From: Thermodesulfobacteriota bacterium
GTDB lineage: Bacteria; Desulfobacterota; Desulfobulbia; Desulfobulbales; SURF-16
Assembly: GCA_039715015.1 (NCBI GenBank)
Contig: JBDLIE010000025.1
Span: 1 to 38,947, forward strand
Reading direction: 5' to 3'
DNA: 38,947 bases
Below are positions 8,439 through 19,605 of the stretch, piece after piece. The translations under genes and the position numbers were made by a program. Below the pieces are notes generated by a model. The model did not search any database and had not been told where the DNA came from. It worked only from the letters and a program-made list of their open reading frames with translations. Position 1 is the first letter of the stretch. The number at the start of each line of letters is the position of its first letter.

Positions 8439-9296
8439 TTAATGGATGGTCACCGGGAATTTCTTCTTCAGGGTGGCCAACATGCTTTCCACCTCGGCCT
8501 GCTGATTTTCAGCCCGTACTTTAGCTGTGATGTCTTCTTTGACCTCCGCCATCGGCGTAAAGCCAGGTTTTTTGGTGTCGGTGACCTTAATAAGGTGCCA
8601 ACCGAATTTGGTCTGGATCGGTGCGCTGACCTCTCCCTTCTTGGTGTTGAAAGCAGCTGCCTCGAATTCCGGCACCATGCTGCCTTTCCCAAAAAAGCCA
8701 AGGTCGCCACCATTCATCTTTGAGCCGACATCGTCAGAAAGTTTCTGGGCAAGAGTATCGAAGCTCTGGCCCTTGTCAAGGCGACTCTTGATATCCATAA
8801 TTGTCTTTTTAGCAGCTTCAACTTGCTCTTTATTATTGGCATCATCAACTTTAATCAGAATATGTTGGGCCTTGACCATTGCTTCATGGGCATAATCTGC
8901 TTTATGGCTGTCATAATAAGCTTGAAGGGCCTTGTCGGGGACTTCTGACTTGCCTGTGCTGCGAACAATGAGCTCCTCAACTAAGACTCGGCTCGTCAGA
9001 TCATTAATCTTTGCCTGGACCAGAGATTCTTTGTTGATGCCCTGGGACTTGGCCTCTTGAGCCAGCACAGAAAAATCGGCCCAGCGACTCAGCATGCTTT
9101 GCTGCAGTTCGGGCTGGCTGTCCATCATGGCCTTGAGCTGGGGAGGCATGCTCACCAGCATCAGGTTAAATTCTGCCTGGGTTAGGGTATCTGCCCCGGC
9201 AGTTACCAGAACCTTGGAATCTTCCTCGGCCACGGCAAAACCCGTGGATAAAAATAAGAGGCCACAGAGAAGGGGGAGGATTGTTTTTTTCTGCAT
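8439..9296 (-). CDS. Exported PpiC/parvulin-type peptidyl-prolyl isomerase (PrsA/SurA-like foldase)
   Basis: Signal peptide ending AVA; VKAQHILIK, FDTLAQKLSDD, GGDLGFF, MVPEFEAAAF, TKFGWHLIKV; GGAG SD. Confidence 0.93.
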   Translation of the reverse strand: MQKKTILPLLCGLLFLSTGFAVAEEDSKVLVTAGADTLTQAEFNLMLVSMPPQLKAMMDSQPELQQSMLSRWADFSVLAQEAKSQGINKESLVQAKINDLTSRVLVEELIVRSTGKSEVPDKALQAYYDSHKADYAHEAMVKAQHILIKVDDANNKEQVEAAKKTIMDIKSRLDKGQSFDTLAQKLSDDVGSKMNGGDLGFFGKGSMVPEFEAAAFNTKKGEVSAPIQTKFGWHLIKVTDTKKPGFTPMAEVKEDITAKVRAENQQAEVESMLATLKKKFPVTIH

Positions 9297-9369
9297 ACAC
9301 TTAGCTCCTGTTTTTTTTTAAGTAAAACAACGTGTTTTGCTAATAAGGCTTAATCGACAAAGATACAAG

Positions 9370-10173
9370 TTAGCCCCGAATGATGGTGCAGGCCTTGTGG
9401 AGGCCTGACGGGGCTGTGGTATTTGGCAGCACCATAGAGCGTGGGCCAATTAGGGTGCCGGGGTTGGTCACCGAGTTGCAGCCGGTCTGGACATTATCGC
9501 CCAGGATGGCACCGAATTTTCGCAGGCCTGAGTCCAGAGAGCCGTCGGGGGTCTTGACCTGAACATTGCCGCTGGTAAAACGGAGGTTGGCCAGCTTAGT
9601 CCCAGCCCCCAGGTTGGCATTGTTGCCGAGGATGGAATCACCCAGATAGGCAAAGTGGCCGGCCTTGGCATCATCCAAAAAAATGGAATGCTTGACCTCG
9701 GTGACATGGCCAACCACGCAGCGTTTGCCAAAGAGGCAGTAGCCTCGGACATACGCACCCTGGCGGATCACGGTCTGGTCATCAACGAAAGTCGGTGACG
9801 AGATCATGGCGCCAGGCTCGATGAGCACGCCCCTGCCTATCTTTATCTGGTTGCCTAAAAAAGAGGCTCCCGCCATTATTACCGAGGCACCTTCCAAGGT
9901 CTTGCCCTCTCTGGTCACCTTGAGCAGCCCTTTAGGGGCATCGCCAAAATCAATTTCCACTTCATCGCCGTTGAATACATCAGCTTCGTGAAGGACAATG
10001 GTCCTTGTTAAAGGTTCGCCATTTTTTGGAAAAATTTTACTGTAGTCAGGATAGCTCACGCCATCCATATATGATTTGAGGCGGTTGAGACCTTGCCAGA
10101 CATGATCTGTGTTCATGAAGAGATCAGCAAAAGAGCAGTCGCTAAGATCTAAAAAAGAGGCGCAGGTGAGCAT
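9370..10173 (-). CDS. Left-handed beta-helix acetyltransferase, GlmU C-terminal-like (stand-alone)
   Basis: Hexapeptide repeats; EVKHS, GHFAYLGDSILGNNANLGAGT, RKFGAILGD. No N-terminal nucleotidyltransferase motif. Confidence 0.85.
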   Translation of the reverse strand: MLTCASFLDLSDCSFADLFMNTDHVWQGLNRLKSYMDGVSYPDYSKIFPKNGEPLTRTIVLHEADVFNGDEVEIDFGDAPKGLLKVTREGKTLEGASVIMAGASFLGNQIKIGRGVLIEPGAMISSPTFVDDQTVIRQGAYVRGYCLFGKRCVVGHVTEVKHSIFLDDAKAGHFAYLGDSILGNNANLGAGTKLANLRFTSGNVQVKTPDGSLDSGLRKFGAILGDNVQTGCNSVTNPGTLIGPRSMVLPNTTAPSGLHKACTIIRG

Positions 10174-10508
10174 GATTTAGGTTCGTGGGGTATGGTTTGT
10201 GTTGGGATTTTGTCTCATAACTACAAAAAATGCATATATATCATGGTGCAAAATCCATATTTCTTCAAGGGAATTATAGTGGTTTTACGGGAAAAAACAG
10301 CTGTTTATCCGAACAGGACATTCTCCCATCAAGCCGTGTTTCTCTTCCTTGACTTCGTCTGCTCCAATGTTTACGTTTATACGACTTTATTCCCCGACCC
10401 CTTTGCATGTTCGCGCCCTTTTGGGCGACTCTCCTGCCCATGGGAGCGGGATACCTGATGCTTTCTCTGCCTTCTTGCTGAAGGCTGTTATCTTTTTTGG
10501 AGGTTTTT

Positions 10509-12881
10509 GTGGATATAAACGATCCCCTTACTGCCGGGATAGGCGATCTGGCAGAAATTGACGAGCCCGATATCCCTGAGCAGCTGCCGGTCATGGCAGT
10601 ACGCGATATTGTCGTTTTTAATTATATGATTATCCCGCTTTTTGTGGGGCGTTCCGCCTCCGTGGAAGCGGTCCAAGAGGCCTTGGCCAGAGATAAGCTG
10701 CTCATGCTTGTCACCCAGAAGGATTCGGCTATAGATGAACCAGCTGCCGATGATGTCTACCAGGTGGGAATGGTCTGCATGATCATGCGGACCCTGAAGC
10801 TGCCTGATGGTCGTCTCAAGGTTCTTGTGCAGGCCATTCAAAAGGCTGAGGTTAAAGAGTTTACCCAAACAGACCCTTTCTTTGAGGCCGATATCAACGT
10901 CATTGAAAACCCAGATGAGGTGATCATGACTGTTGAGATCGAGGCCCTCATGCGTAATGTCCGGGAGCAGACCGAAAAAATCCTCTCCCTGAAAGGTGTT
11001 ATGTCCTCGGAGCTGCTTGCCATTTTAAACGGCATTGAGGAGCCGGGTCGTCTCGCTGATCTGGTTGTCTCCAATCTGCGCCTTAAGACCCAGGAGTCAC
11101 AAATCGTTCTTGAGACCTTTGATCCTGTGGATCGTCTTCATAAGGTCTTGGAATATCTTAACAAAGAGCTTGAAGTTTCCACCATGCAGGCCAAGATCCA
11201 GTCTGAGGCCAAGGAGGAGATGGGCCGCACCCAGCGCGAATATTATCTGCGCGAACAGATCCAGGCCATGAAGAAAGAGCTTGGTGAATATGACGAAAAA
11301 TCCCAGGAAATTGAAGAACTCCAGGCCCGCTTCAAGAAGGAGCGCATGCCCTCCATTGTCAAGAAGGAGGGAGAAAAGCAGCTCAAGCGCCTGGAGATGA
11401 TGCATCCAGACGCCTCGGAGGCCGCCACCATCAGGACCTATCTCGATTGGCTCCTTGATGTGCCCTGGCGCAAATCCACCAAGGACCGGCTGGACCTGAA
11501 GATCGCCAAGAAGGTTCTTGATGAGGACCATTACGGTCTCGACAAGATTAAGGAACGCATCCTTGAGTATCTGGCCGTTCGTAAGCTTAACAAGTCCACC
11601 AAGGGTCCCATTCTCTGCTTTGTCGGCCCCCCAGGTGTGGGTAAGACCTCTTTGGGTAAATCCATCGCCCGGGCCATGGGGCGTAAATTCTCTCGTTTTT
11701 CCTTGGGTGGCATGCGTGATGAAGCAGAGATTCGCGGTCATCGTCGTACCTATGTTGGTGCCATGCCGGGCCGGATTATCCAGGGCCTGAAGACAGTGGG
11801 CTCAAATAACCCGATCTTCATGCTTGATGAAATCGACAAGGTGGGCGCCGACTATCGTGGCGATCCCTCATCCGCTCTTCTTGAGGTTCTTGATCCTGAG
11901 CAGAATTCTGAGTTCTCCGATCATTATCTCAACCTGCCCTGTGATCTGTCCAAGGTGATGTTTATCACCACCGCCAATATGAGCCATACCATCCCTGGGC
12001 CGCTCCTTGACAGGATGGAGATGATCACCCTTTCCGGTTATACCCATGAGGAGAAGCTGGAGATTGCCAAACGCTATCTTTTGCCCCGGCAGATTAAAGA
12101 AAATGGTATTCAGGAGAGGCATATCAAGATTGATGACGATACCATCACCTTGATTGTCAGTCATTACACCCGTGAGGCAGGGCTCCGTAATCTTGAGCGT
12201 GAGATAGGGAAGGTGTGCCGGAAGGTGGCCCGCAAGGTGGCTGAAGGCGGCAAGGGCCCCTATTCCATTTCTAAGCGCACCCTGGCCAAATATCTCGGGC
12301 CGCCCAAGGTCATTCCTGAGGCGGATATTGATACTATTAACCAGCCTGGGCTGGCCACTGGTTTGGCCTGGACCGAGGTGGGCGGCGAGATTCTTTATAT
12401 TGAGATTTCTCTGTTGCCTGGTAAGGGCGGCTTGATGCTCACCGGTCAATTGGGTGATGTAATGAAGGAGTCTGCCCAGGCGGCTCTTACTGTCTGCAAA
12501 TCCATGCTCAAGAAGCTTAAGCTTCCTGAGGATTATTTTGATGATAAGGATATCCATCTCCATGTACCGGCCGGTGCTATCCCTAAGGATGGGCCTTCGG
12601 CAGGTATCACCATGGCCGTGGCCCTGTATTCGGCCATGTCCGGCAAAAAGGTTCCCAAGGACCTGGCCATGACCGGCGAGATCACCCTGCGGGGCCGGGT
12701 GCTGCCCATTGGCGGTCTTAAGGAGAAAGCCCTGGCCGCCCTGCGGGCCAATATTAAAACTGTCCTCATTCCTGACCAGAACAAAAAGGACCTGGTGGAG
12801 ATCCCGGAAGATCTGCGAAAACAGATCAACTTTGTGCCGGTGAAGAATATCTCCCAGGTCTTTACCAAGGTTTTTAAGTAA
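10509..12881 (+). CDS. lon: ATP-dependent protease La (Lon)
   Basis: LON N-domain, [14 protein letters not shown], catalytic KDGPSAG and GGLKEK. Start moved to GTG 10509 after GGAGG. Confidence 0.97.
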   Translation: MDINDPLTAGIGDLAEIDEPDIPEQLPVMAVRDIVVFNYMIIPLFVGRSASVEAVQEALARDKLLMLVTQKDSAIDEPAADDVYQVGMVCMIMRTLKLPDGRLKVLVQAIQKAEVKEFTQTDPFFEADINVIENPDEVIMTVEIEALMRNVREQTEKILSLKGVMSSELLAILNGIEEPGRLADLVVSNLRLKTQESQIVLETFDPVDRLHKVLEYLNKELEVSTMQAKIQSEAKEEMGRTQREYYLREQIQAMKKELGEYDEKSQEIEELQARFKKERMPSIVKKEGEKQLKRLEMMHPDASEAATIRTYLDWLLDVPWRKSTKDRLDLKIAKKVLDEDHYGLDKIKERILEYLAVRKLNKSTKGPILCFVGPPGVGKTSLGKSIARAMGRKFSRFSLGGMRDEAEIRGHRRTYVGAMPGRIIQGLKTVGSNNPIFMLDEIDKVGADYRGDPSSALLEVLDPEQNSEFSDHYLNLPCDLSKVMFITTANMSHTIPGPLLDRMEMITLSGYTHEEKLEIAKRYLLPRQIKENGIQERHIKIDDDTITLIVSHYTREAGLRNLEREIGKVCRKVARKVAEGGKGPYSISKRTLAKYLGPPKVIPEADIDTINQPGLATGLAWTEVGGEILYIEISLLPGKGGLMLTGQLGDVMKESAQAALTVCKSMLKKLKLPEDYFDDKDIHLHVPAGAIPKDGPSAGITMAVALYSAMSGKKVPKDLAMTGEITLRGRVLPIGGLKEKALAALRANIKTVLIPDQNKKDLVEIPEDLRKQINFVPVKNISQVFTKVFK

Positions 12882-12882
12882 G

Positions 12883-13950
12883 GTGGCGATGCCCTTCAAC
12901 TCTTTAGAACCAGCCCTTCGTAAATGGGCTACAGTTATGGCCCGGATTATTATCCCGGCCATAATTGTTTTAAGTCCAATGTACTGGTTTTACTCCTATG
13001 GGACGATTCCAGGTCCGGGGCCGGTGGATGGTGATGAGGTACGGGTTGCCATCCCCCCTGGTAAAGGCTTTCAGGGGGTGTATTGGATCCTGGTTGATAA
13101 TGATGTGATTGAAGAAGATCTCCGTTTCGGCATACTGGCCAGTTGGCGCGGGGTGTCCAAGAAGCTAAAGGCGGGTGAGTATGTCTTTGCCAGGCCAGCC
13201 ACCCCTGGCGATGTTTTAGAGAAAATTGTTGAGGGCACTACTCTCCTTCATCCCCTCACCTTTCAGGAGGGACTCACCATGTACCAGGTGGTCGAGGAGC
13301 TGAGCCGCCAAGGCTGGGGAGGTCAGGAGGATCTCCTGGATCTCTGTCATGATCCTGACTTTATCGCCTCCCTCGGCGTCCAGGGTGCCAGCCTTGAGGG
13401 CTATCTCTTTCCCGACACCTATTATCTCTCGCGCAGTCAGGATGGCCGTGCCGTGCTCAAGATGATGGTGGAACGGTTTTTTGAGGTGAGTAAAACCCTT
13501 GAGCAGTTAGAGGCAGCGCTGTCTGAGCCTGCCGAAAAAGGCGCAAAGGAGATGACCCTTCATGAGACGGTTATCCTGGCCTCCATTATTGAAAAAGAGA
13601 CCGGCGCCGCTGTTGAGCGTCCCCAGATTGCCCGGGTTTTCTTGAATCGCCTTAAGAAAAAAATGCGCCTTCAGGCCGACCCCACAGTTATCTATGGTAT
13701 CGGTGATTTTGATGGTGATCTCACCCGCCGTGATTTGCGAACTCCGTCAGCCTATAACACCTACCTTCTAAAAGGTCTCCCTGCCGGGCCCATCGCTAAT
13801 CCAGGCAAGGATTCTCTCAAGGCAGTTCTTCAACCTGCTGAGGGTAACTGGCTCTATTTTGTTGCCCGCGGTGACGGTACCCACTATTTTTCCAACAATC
13901 TCAAAGAGCATAATCGCGCAGTCTACAAGTTTCAGAAGAAAGGAAAGTAA
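12883..13950 (+). CDS. mltG: Endolytic transglycosylase MltG (YceG family)
   Basis: TM anchor; [49 protein letters not shown]. Exact start uncertain. Confidence 0.95.
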   Translation: MAMPFNSLEPALRKWATVMARIIIPAIIVLSPMYWFYSYGTIPGPGPVDGDEVRVAIPPGKGFQGVYWILVDNDVIEEDLRFGILASWRGVSKKLKAGEYVFARPATPGDVLEKIVEGTTLLHPLTFQEGLTMYQVVEELSRQGWGGQEDLLDLCHDPDFIASLGVQGASLEGYLFPDTYYLSRSQDGRAVLKMMVERFFEVSKTLEQLEAALSEPAEKGAKEMTLHETVILASIIEKETGAAVERPQIARVFLNRLKKKMRLQADPTVIYGIGDFDGDLTRRDLRTPSAYNTYLLKGLPAGPIANPGKDSLKAVLQPAEGNWLYFVARGDGTHYFSNNLKEHNRAVYKFQKKGK

Positions 13951-14108
13951 GGCCTAAAGGTCTGTTTCTGCTTGATTCTCAATGGTTTTAATAGACTTGT
14001 GGCCAGCCTGTTCTTGACAATGCCCTTCCCCTTGCATAGAGAAAGATGTTTTAGGTAGTATGCTTATTGGATGCCTTTAAAATGAAGGATTGAACCCATT
14101 CTCTCTTT

Positions 14109-16586
14109 ATGGCCAGAAAAAAATCCATATCCCGTTTGTACCTTCTTCCCATTGAGGTCATGGTGACCATCACCGCTCTCATCGTGGGCGGCTTCTGGCT
14201 GGCGGATCTTATCAGTGGCTTCAAAGAAGAGTCTGCCGCCCTGCACGAGCGTTATCTCGCCTCACAAAAAGAGCTGGTCAGGTCAGAGGTGAATCAGACC
14301 GTTTCCTATATAAAATTCAAGAAGAAACAGGTGGAGGAGCGTCTCCGGGAGCAGATAAAAAACAGGGTTTACGAGGCCCATGCCATTGTTGCCAGCATCT
14401 ATGAGCAAAACAAGAAGACCAAGAGTAGGGAGGAGATTCTTAAGCTCATCCACACCGCTCTGACCCCTATCCGCTGGCATGAGAACGGTCGGGGATATTA
14501 TTTCACCCTTGGCTTTGACGGGGTGATGTATCTCAATTCGGCCATGCCTTTTCTTGAAAATCGCTATGTCATGGATGTCGCCGAAGGTGGTGGCCGGCGG
14601 CATGGTGAAGATATGCTCTCCCTCGGCCGTTCTCCCGCAGGAGAGGGTTATCTGGAATATCTTTGGAGCAAACCGCCGATAGAGGAGAAAATCTTTCCTA
14701 AGATTTCCTTTGTTAAAGTCTTTAAACCACTAGAGATAGTCATTGCCACCGGTGAGTATCTTGACGATGTCGAACAGGATGTCAAAAAAGAAATTCTGGA
14801 GTGGATCCGCGCTATCAGGTTTATGGAGGAAGGCTATATCTATATTGTCAGCGGCGCAGGCGTCATGCTGGTTCAGGGGGATGATGAGGAACTGGTGGGT
14901 AAAAATATTTCCAGTATAAAGGACGCTCTGGGTGAAGAGATAACCCCTAAATTATTTGCCGCTGGTCTGAATAGGCAAGGGGAAGGCTTTGTCCGTTATC
15001 ACTGGCCTAAGCTCGGCCAGGATGAACCTGTTGAAAAAATTACCTTTGTTAAACTGTTTCCTGATTGGCAATGGTTTGTCGGAGGAGGACTTTATCTTGA
15101 CGGTATTGACCGGGTGATTGTTGAAAAGCGGAAAATGCTGGGGCAGCAGATCAGAAGAGAGCTGGTCAAGATGTCATTTCTGCTCATTATAGCCCTGGTA
15201 ATTTCTTATTTGATAGCCCGCCATTTTGCCCGCCGTTTTGAAGACAGTCTCTGCTTGTTTGCCGATTTTTTTGACTCAGCGGCCAAGGACTCGGTGGAAA
15301 TCGATACCAGTAAAGTCGACATCTTAGAATTTTACGAGCTGGCTGAGAATGCCAACCAGATGATCTCCACTCTTTTGCAGGTGGAAGAGGAGAGGGAGGA
15401 GGCCCGTCTTCAGGCTGAAGAGGCAAATAAGATTAAGGGAGAGTTTCTTGCCAACATGAGCCATGAAATCCGGACACCCCTGAGTGGAATTATGGGTTTT
15501 TCAGAGCTTCTTCTTGATGCTGAGCTCAAACCGGAGTTGGGCGATAAGATCAAAAAAATACATCTTTCTGCCCAATCACTTCTGGGAGTTATCAATGATA
15601 TACTCGACTTCTCGAAAATGGAGGCCGGCAAGATGGAGATTGAGGCGAAAGTCTTTGACCCGGCCCAAATCGTCAGCAATTCCCTGGCAGTGGTTGAGAT
15701 ACGAGCCCAGGAAAAAGGTTTGCAGCTTGAAAAGGAGATCGCTCCAGAAGTTCCGTCCCTGACAATCGGCGACCCCCACCGGCTTCAGCAGATTTTGGTC
15801 AACCTGCTTAATAACGCCATAAAATTCACGAGTCGGGGCAGGGTAATCGTTTCAGTGTCAAGGTCGGAGGGAGACGGCGAAGCGGACAATTTCCTCCGCT
15901 TTGAGGTTGAAGATACTGGTATCGGTATTGATAAAGAAAAGCAGCAGGAGATTTTCACCTCTTTTAGGCAGGCAGACACATCCCATGGCCGTAAGTTTGG
16001 AGGGACTGGTTTGGGCCTGAGCATATGCAGTCTCCTTGTTCAGGTGATGGGGGGGAAGATTGGCGTCAACAGTGAGCCCGGTCAGGGTTCTACCTTCTGG
16101 TTTACAGTGGCGCTACGTCAGCCGGACGATACAGAGGCGGCAAGTTTTCCTGTTGACCGTAGCAAGCTCCTCTCGCAGTTCGTGGCCGAAAGGGGCCTCT
16201 CTGAAGTAAACATTCTTTTGGTGGAGGATGATGAGGTAAGTAGAATGGTTGCCGAAGCCCTGCTTGACGAATATGGTTTCAAGGTCACAACTGCTGAGAA
16301 TGGTGAGGCGGCGGTGCAGGCCTACCTGGATGGGGGGTATCATTTGATTTTGATGGACGTTCAGATGCCAATGGTGGATGGTTTTGAGGCCACGGCCCGA
16401 ATCAGAGCAATGGAAAGGGAGACAGGAAAACATACACCCATCATTGCCCTTACCGCCCATGCCATGAAGGGATACCGGGAGAAATGTCTGGAGTCAGGTA
16501 TGGATGATTATCTGACCAAACCCTTTGTTGCAGATACATTTTTTGATGTTTTACTCCGGCAGCTAAAGAAAATAAGTCTGCTTTAG
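14109..16586 (+). CDS. Hybrid sensor histidine kinase (two tandem Cache domains, HisKA, HATPase, receiver)
   Basis: Two TM segments; two GEG(Y/F)xxYxWxK Cache motifs; [44 protein letters not shown]...LMDVQMP...YLTKP. Confidence 0.95.
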   Translation: MARKKSISRLYLLPIEVMVTITALIVGGFWLADLISGFKEESAALHERYLASQKELVRSEVNQTVSYIKFKKKQVEERLREQIKNRVYEAHAIVASIYEQNKKTKSREEILKLIHTALTPIRWHENGRGYYFTLGFDGVMYLNSAMPFLENRYVMDVAEGGGRRHGEDMLSLGRSPAGEGYLEYLWSKPPIEEKIFPKISFVKVFKPLEIVIATGEYLDDVEQDVKKEILEWIRAIRFMEEGYIYIVSGAGVMLVQGDDEELVGKNISSIKDALGEEITPKLFAAGLNRQGEGFVRYHWPKLGQDEPVEKITFVKLFPDWQWFVGGGLYLDGIDRVIVEKRKMLGQQIRRELVKMSFLLIIALVISYLIARHFARRFEDSLCLFADFFDSAAKDSVEIDTSKVDILEFYELAENANQMISTLLQVEEEREEARLQAEEANKIKGEFLANMSHEIRTPLSGIMGFSELLLDAELKPELGDKIKKIHLSAQSLLGVINDILDFSKMEAGKMEIEAKVFDPAQIVSNSLAVVEIRAQEKGLQLEKEIAPEVPSLTIGDPHRLQQILVNLLNNAIKFTSRGRVIVSVSRSEGDGEADNFLRFEVEDTGIGIDKEKQQEIFTSFRQADTSHGRKFGGTGLGLSICSLLVQVMGGKIGVNSEPGQGSTFWFTVALRQPDDTEAASFPVDRSKLLSQFVAERGLSEVNILLVEDDEVSRMVAEALLDEYGFKVTTAENGEAAVQAYLDGGYHLILMDVQMPMVDGFEATARIRAMERETGKHTPIIALTAHAMKGYREKCLESGMDDYLTKPFVADTFFDVLLRQLKKISLL

Positions 16587-16632
16587 GGCGCTAGATATTT
16601 TTTTAGAATTAACATCACATTGAGAGTCTTTT

Positions 16633-17700
16633 ATGGGTTGTCAGAATGATTTTCCGCTGCTATATCAACAACTTGTTGAAAGTATCCCCGTGGGGATCTG
16701 TGTTTTTCAACTTGAAAAATTTGATGATGACTCAAGTCTTAGATTAATTTTTGCCAACAAAATCGCTGAGCAGATTATTGGTGTTGGCGCCGGCGATATT
16801 TTAGGTAAGACACTTGACGAGAATTTCCCCGAATTGCGCAAAGAGGGTATTCCGCAAATATATGCCGAGGTGGTGCGGAGCAAGAAGCCGGTGATTCTAG
16901 ATGATGTCTTCTATGGAGACGAATGGGTCGATCCCGCCTGGTTTTCAGTCAAGGCCTTCCCTGTGGGCGAGGATATGGTAGGGGCTTCTTTTGAAAACAT
17001 TACCGAACGTAAAGATGCTGATAGAGCTTTGGCGGAAAAGGAAGAGCATTTTAGAACGATTTTTCATCAGTCACCTCTATCCCTGCAGGTTATGAGTGTC
17101 GCTGGTTGGATGCTGGAAGTCAACCGGTCCTGGGAAGAACTCTGGCAGGCCAAGGGAGAAGATGTAATTGGTAAATTTAATGTGCTGGATGATGCACAGG
17201 CCATTTCCATCGGCTTAACCGACAAGTTTAAATTGGCAACTCTTGGTGAAGCAGTTGATCTCTCTGAGATTTATTATGATCCTCAGCTCTCAGGTTTTCC
17301 TGGCCGGGGCCGCTGGTTGAGTTCGAGAATTTACCCCATTAAAGATGTCCATGACAAAGTTAAATATATTATCATTGCCCATCTCGATATTACGGAGCTT
17401 AAAAAGTCCGAGTTGGAATTATTGGCCCACCAGGAAGAGCTTGAGGAAAAAGTGAGGACACGAACCAGCAAACTTCTTGAGACCAATGATCAGTTGCAGC
17501 AGGCACTTTCGGAGGTCAGGCAGCTAAGTGGTTTTCTGCCGATTTGCGCATCGTGTAAGAAGATCCGGGACGACAAAGGATACTGGAACCAGATTGAGTC
17601 TTATATCCGCGATCACTCAGAAGCTGAATTTAGCCATAGCATCTGTCCTGGTTGTACGAAAAAATTATATCCTGACTTTTGCAAGAAAAAAGAGGGCTGA
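16633..17700 (+). CDS. PAS-PAS signalling protein with coiled coil and C-terminal CxxC...CPxC domain
   Basis: Two PAS/PAC-like units ending ENITERK and DITELK; C-terminus LPICASCKKIRDDKGYW...FSHSICPGC. Confidence 0.85.
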   Translation: MGCQNDFPLLYQQLVESIPVGICVFQLEKFDDDSSLRLIFANKIAEQIIGVGAGDILGKTLDENFPELRKEGIPQIYAEVVRSKKPVILDDVFYGDEWVDPAWFSVKAFPVGEDMVGASFENITERKDADRALAEKEEHFRTIFHQSPLSLQVMSVAGWMLEVNRSWEELWQAKGEDVIGKFNVLDDAQAISIGLTDKFKLATLGEAVDLSEIYYDPQLSGFPGRGRWLSSRIYPIKDVHDKVKYIIIAHLDITELKKSELELLAHQEELEEKVRTRTSKLLETNDQLQQALSEVRQLSGFLPICASCKKIRDDKGYWNQIESYIRDHSEAEFSHSICPGCTKKLYPDFCKKKEG

Positions 17701-17719
17701 AAGAAACCCTGATAGGGAA

Positions 17720-17759
17720 ATAAAAAAGGCGATTGAGATAATTCAATCGCCTTTTTTAT
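17720..17759. terminator. Bidirectional intrinsic terminator
   Basis: ATAAAAAAGGCGATTGA GATAAT TCAATCGCCTTTTTTAT between convergent genes. Confidence 0.9.
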
Positions 17760-17778
17760 GGTATTTGCTCACGGCCCA

Positions 17779-19605
17779 TCAGGTCTTTTTAAGGAATTTC
17801 AGGTCTCCCTGGGCTGGAGTCAGGCTTGGGTTGGGGATGATGCGAATCTCCACCTTGTAGCGCTGCTCAAGTTCGGCAATCTCAGAACGTTTCTGGTTGA
17901 GCAGGTATTGGGCCACGTTAAGGGGCAGGTCACACTGGACGGCCTTGATCTGCCTTTTGACCGCAGCGGTCTGAATGCGGCGCATCAGGGCCAAGGCCGT
18001 GGTTTCCACCGACTTGATCATGCCGTGGCCCTGGCAATGTTCACAGACGATGTAATTACCTTTCTGGATTGGCGGGGCAAGGCGCTGGCGGGAGATCTGC
18101 ATGAGGCCGAATTTCGAGATGCGGCTGGTGTCCACCTTGGCCTTGTCCTTTTTCATGGCGCTCTTTACCCGTTTTTCCACCTCGCGGATATTTTTCTTGT
18201 CCCGCATGTCGATGAAGTCTACGACAATAAGGCCGCCCAGGTCGCGGAGGCGAAGCTGGCGGGCCAGCTCATCGGCGGCCTCTGAGTTGGCCAGGAAAAT
18301 GGTCTTCTCGAAGTTCTTATCCTTGGAGGTGCGGCCGGAGTTGACGTCAATGGCCACCAGGGCCTCGGTGGGGTTGATGACAATGGAGCCACCCGAGGGC
18401 AGGGGGACGGTGGGCAGATACATCTGCTCGATCTGTTCCTCCACCTGGTACTGGTTGAAAATAGGTTTGGAGCCTTTGTGGAGTTTGATTTTGGCCTTGC
18501 GTTGGCGGGCCGGCAGGAGCTGCATAAAGTCGTTTATCTTGTCAAACACCTCCTGGTTGTCAACCAGGATCTCTTCAATATTCGGGGTGAAATGATCGCG
18601 CAGAAAACGCGAGACAACGTCCTGCTCTTTATAGACCAGGGCCGGGGCCTTCATGGTCTGGCCCTTTTTCTTAATGTCCTGCCACAGATTGAGCTGGTAA
18701 CGGATATCCTGCATGAGGGCGGTCTTGGTGACGTCCTCGCTGGCGGTACGGATGATATAGCCGATCTCTTCCGGTAATTTAGCAGATTCAATGATCTCGC
18801 GGAGCTTGGTGCGCCGTTCTTCATTATTGATCTGGCGCGAGATGCCGTGGGAGTCGCTGCCCGGCATGAGGACCATATAGCGGCCGGGCATGGAGAGATA
18901 GGTGGTGATATTGGCACCCTTGTTGCCGGTGGGTTCCTTTACCACCTCCACCAGAACCTCCTGGCCCTTGAGGAGATAATCCTGGATGTTGAGAGATTTC
19001 CAGTGGGTGTTGCGGCCCACCTCTTTACAATAATACTCAGGGTGGATATCGCCGAAGGCCAGAAACCCGTTCTTGCCGGTGCCCATATCAACAAAGGCAG
19101 CCTGCAGATTTGGCTCAATGGCGGCGATAACGCCCTTGTATATATTGCCCTTGGTCTGGGCCTGGACCACGGTCTCAACGTTAAAGGACTCTACACGACC
19201 GTTCTCAAGCAGGGCAATGCGGCATTCTTCAGGCTCGTCAGCATTGATCAGCAGCTTATAGGCGACTTTGTCACTCTCTTTCTTAGCTGTGGTCTTACGG
19301 GCCGTTGCCGGCTTTTTGGCTGGAGTTTTGGCCTTGCTCGTTTGTTTTCCTGCCGGGCTTTTCTTGGCGCCAGCAGCTTTTGGTTTGCCCTCGCCAGCCT
19401 TTGCTTCTGGAGTTTCAGTCTCTTTATTTCCTTCAGGCTTTTTGGCGGTGGGTTTCTTGCGTGGCGCACGTTTGCGAGGCCGACGTTTTGGTTTGGGCTT
19501 TTCCGTTTCCTTTTGGGCTGCCTCCTGTTTTGTCTCAGGGGCGCTGGTCATTTCTTCAGTGGTGGTTTCTTTCTTTTCTTTTTGTTCTGTTTTTTCTTCG
19601 GTCAT
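17779..19605 (-). CDS. Rne/Rng family ribonuclease with N-terminal low-complexity extension
   Basis: KGNIYKG..AAFVD (S1), EALVAIDVNSG, LRDLGGLIVVDFIDM, Zn-link CEHCQGHG. Start moved to ATG 19605 (AAGGA SD). Confidence 0.93.
   Translation of the reverse strand: MTEEKTEQKEKKETTTEEMTSAPETKQEAAQKETEKPKPKRRPRKRAPRKKPTAKKPEGNKETETPEAKAGEGKPKAAGAKKSPAGKQTSKAKTPAKKPATARKTTAKKESDKVAYKLLINADEPEECRIALLENGRVESFNVETVVQAQTKGNIYKGVIAAIEPNLQAAFVDMGTGKNGFLAFGDIHPEYYCKEVGRNTHWKSLNIQDYLLKGQEVLVEVVKEPTGNKGANITTYLSMPGRYMVLMPGSDSHGISRQINNEERRTKLREIIESAKLPEEIGYIIRTASEDVTKTALMQDIRYQLNLWQDIKKKGQTMKAPALVYKEQDVVSRFLRDHFTPNIEEILVDNQEVFDKINDFMQLLPARQRKAKIKLHKGSKPIFNQYQVEEQIEQMYLPTVPLPSGGSIVINPTEALVAIDVNSGRTSKDKNFEKTIFLANSEAADELARQLRLRDLGGLIVVDFIDMRDKKNIREVEKRVKSAMKKDKAKVDTSRISKFGLMQISRQRLAPPIQKGNYIVCEHCQGHGMIKSVETTALALMRRIQTAAVKRQIKAVQCDLPLNVAQYLLNQKRSEIAELEQRYKVEIRIIPNPSLTPAQGDLKFLKKT

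Noticed and set aside
10192..10458. 88-aa ORF in the lon upstream region (likewise 20684-20899 and 20812-21006)
   Set aside because: No SD or protein-like features; these lie in divergent promoter regions.
11868..12962. 364-aa ORF antisense to lon (similarly 5184-6116, 18847-19773, 21132-21866, 28051-28893, 37383-38378, 305-1087)
   Set aside because: These are shadow ORFs opposite well-supported genes, explained by codon bias. No recognisable motifs.
14014..14042. TTGACA upstream of the hybrid kinase as a sigma-70 promoter
   Set aside because: The -10 at 17-nt spacing (TAGAGA) is poor.
14109..17700. Signalling genes as a genomic island (also 30371-34719)
   Set aside because: They look somewhat more AT-rich by eye, but there is no integrase, tRNA or flanking direct repeat, and I could not compute composition.
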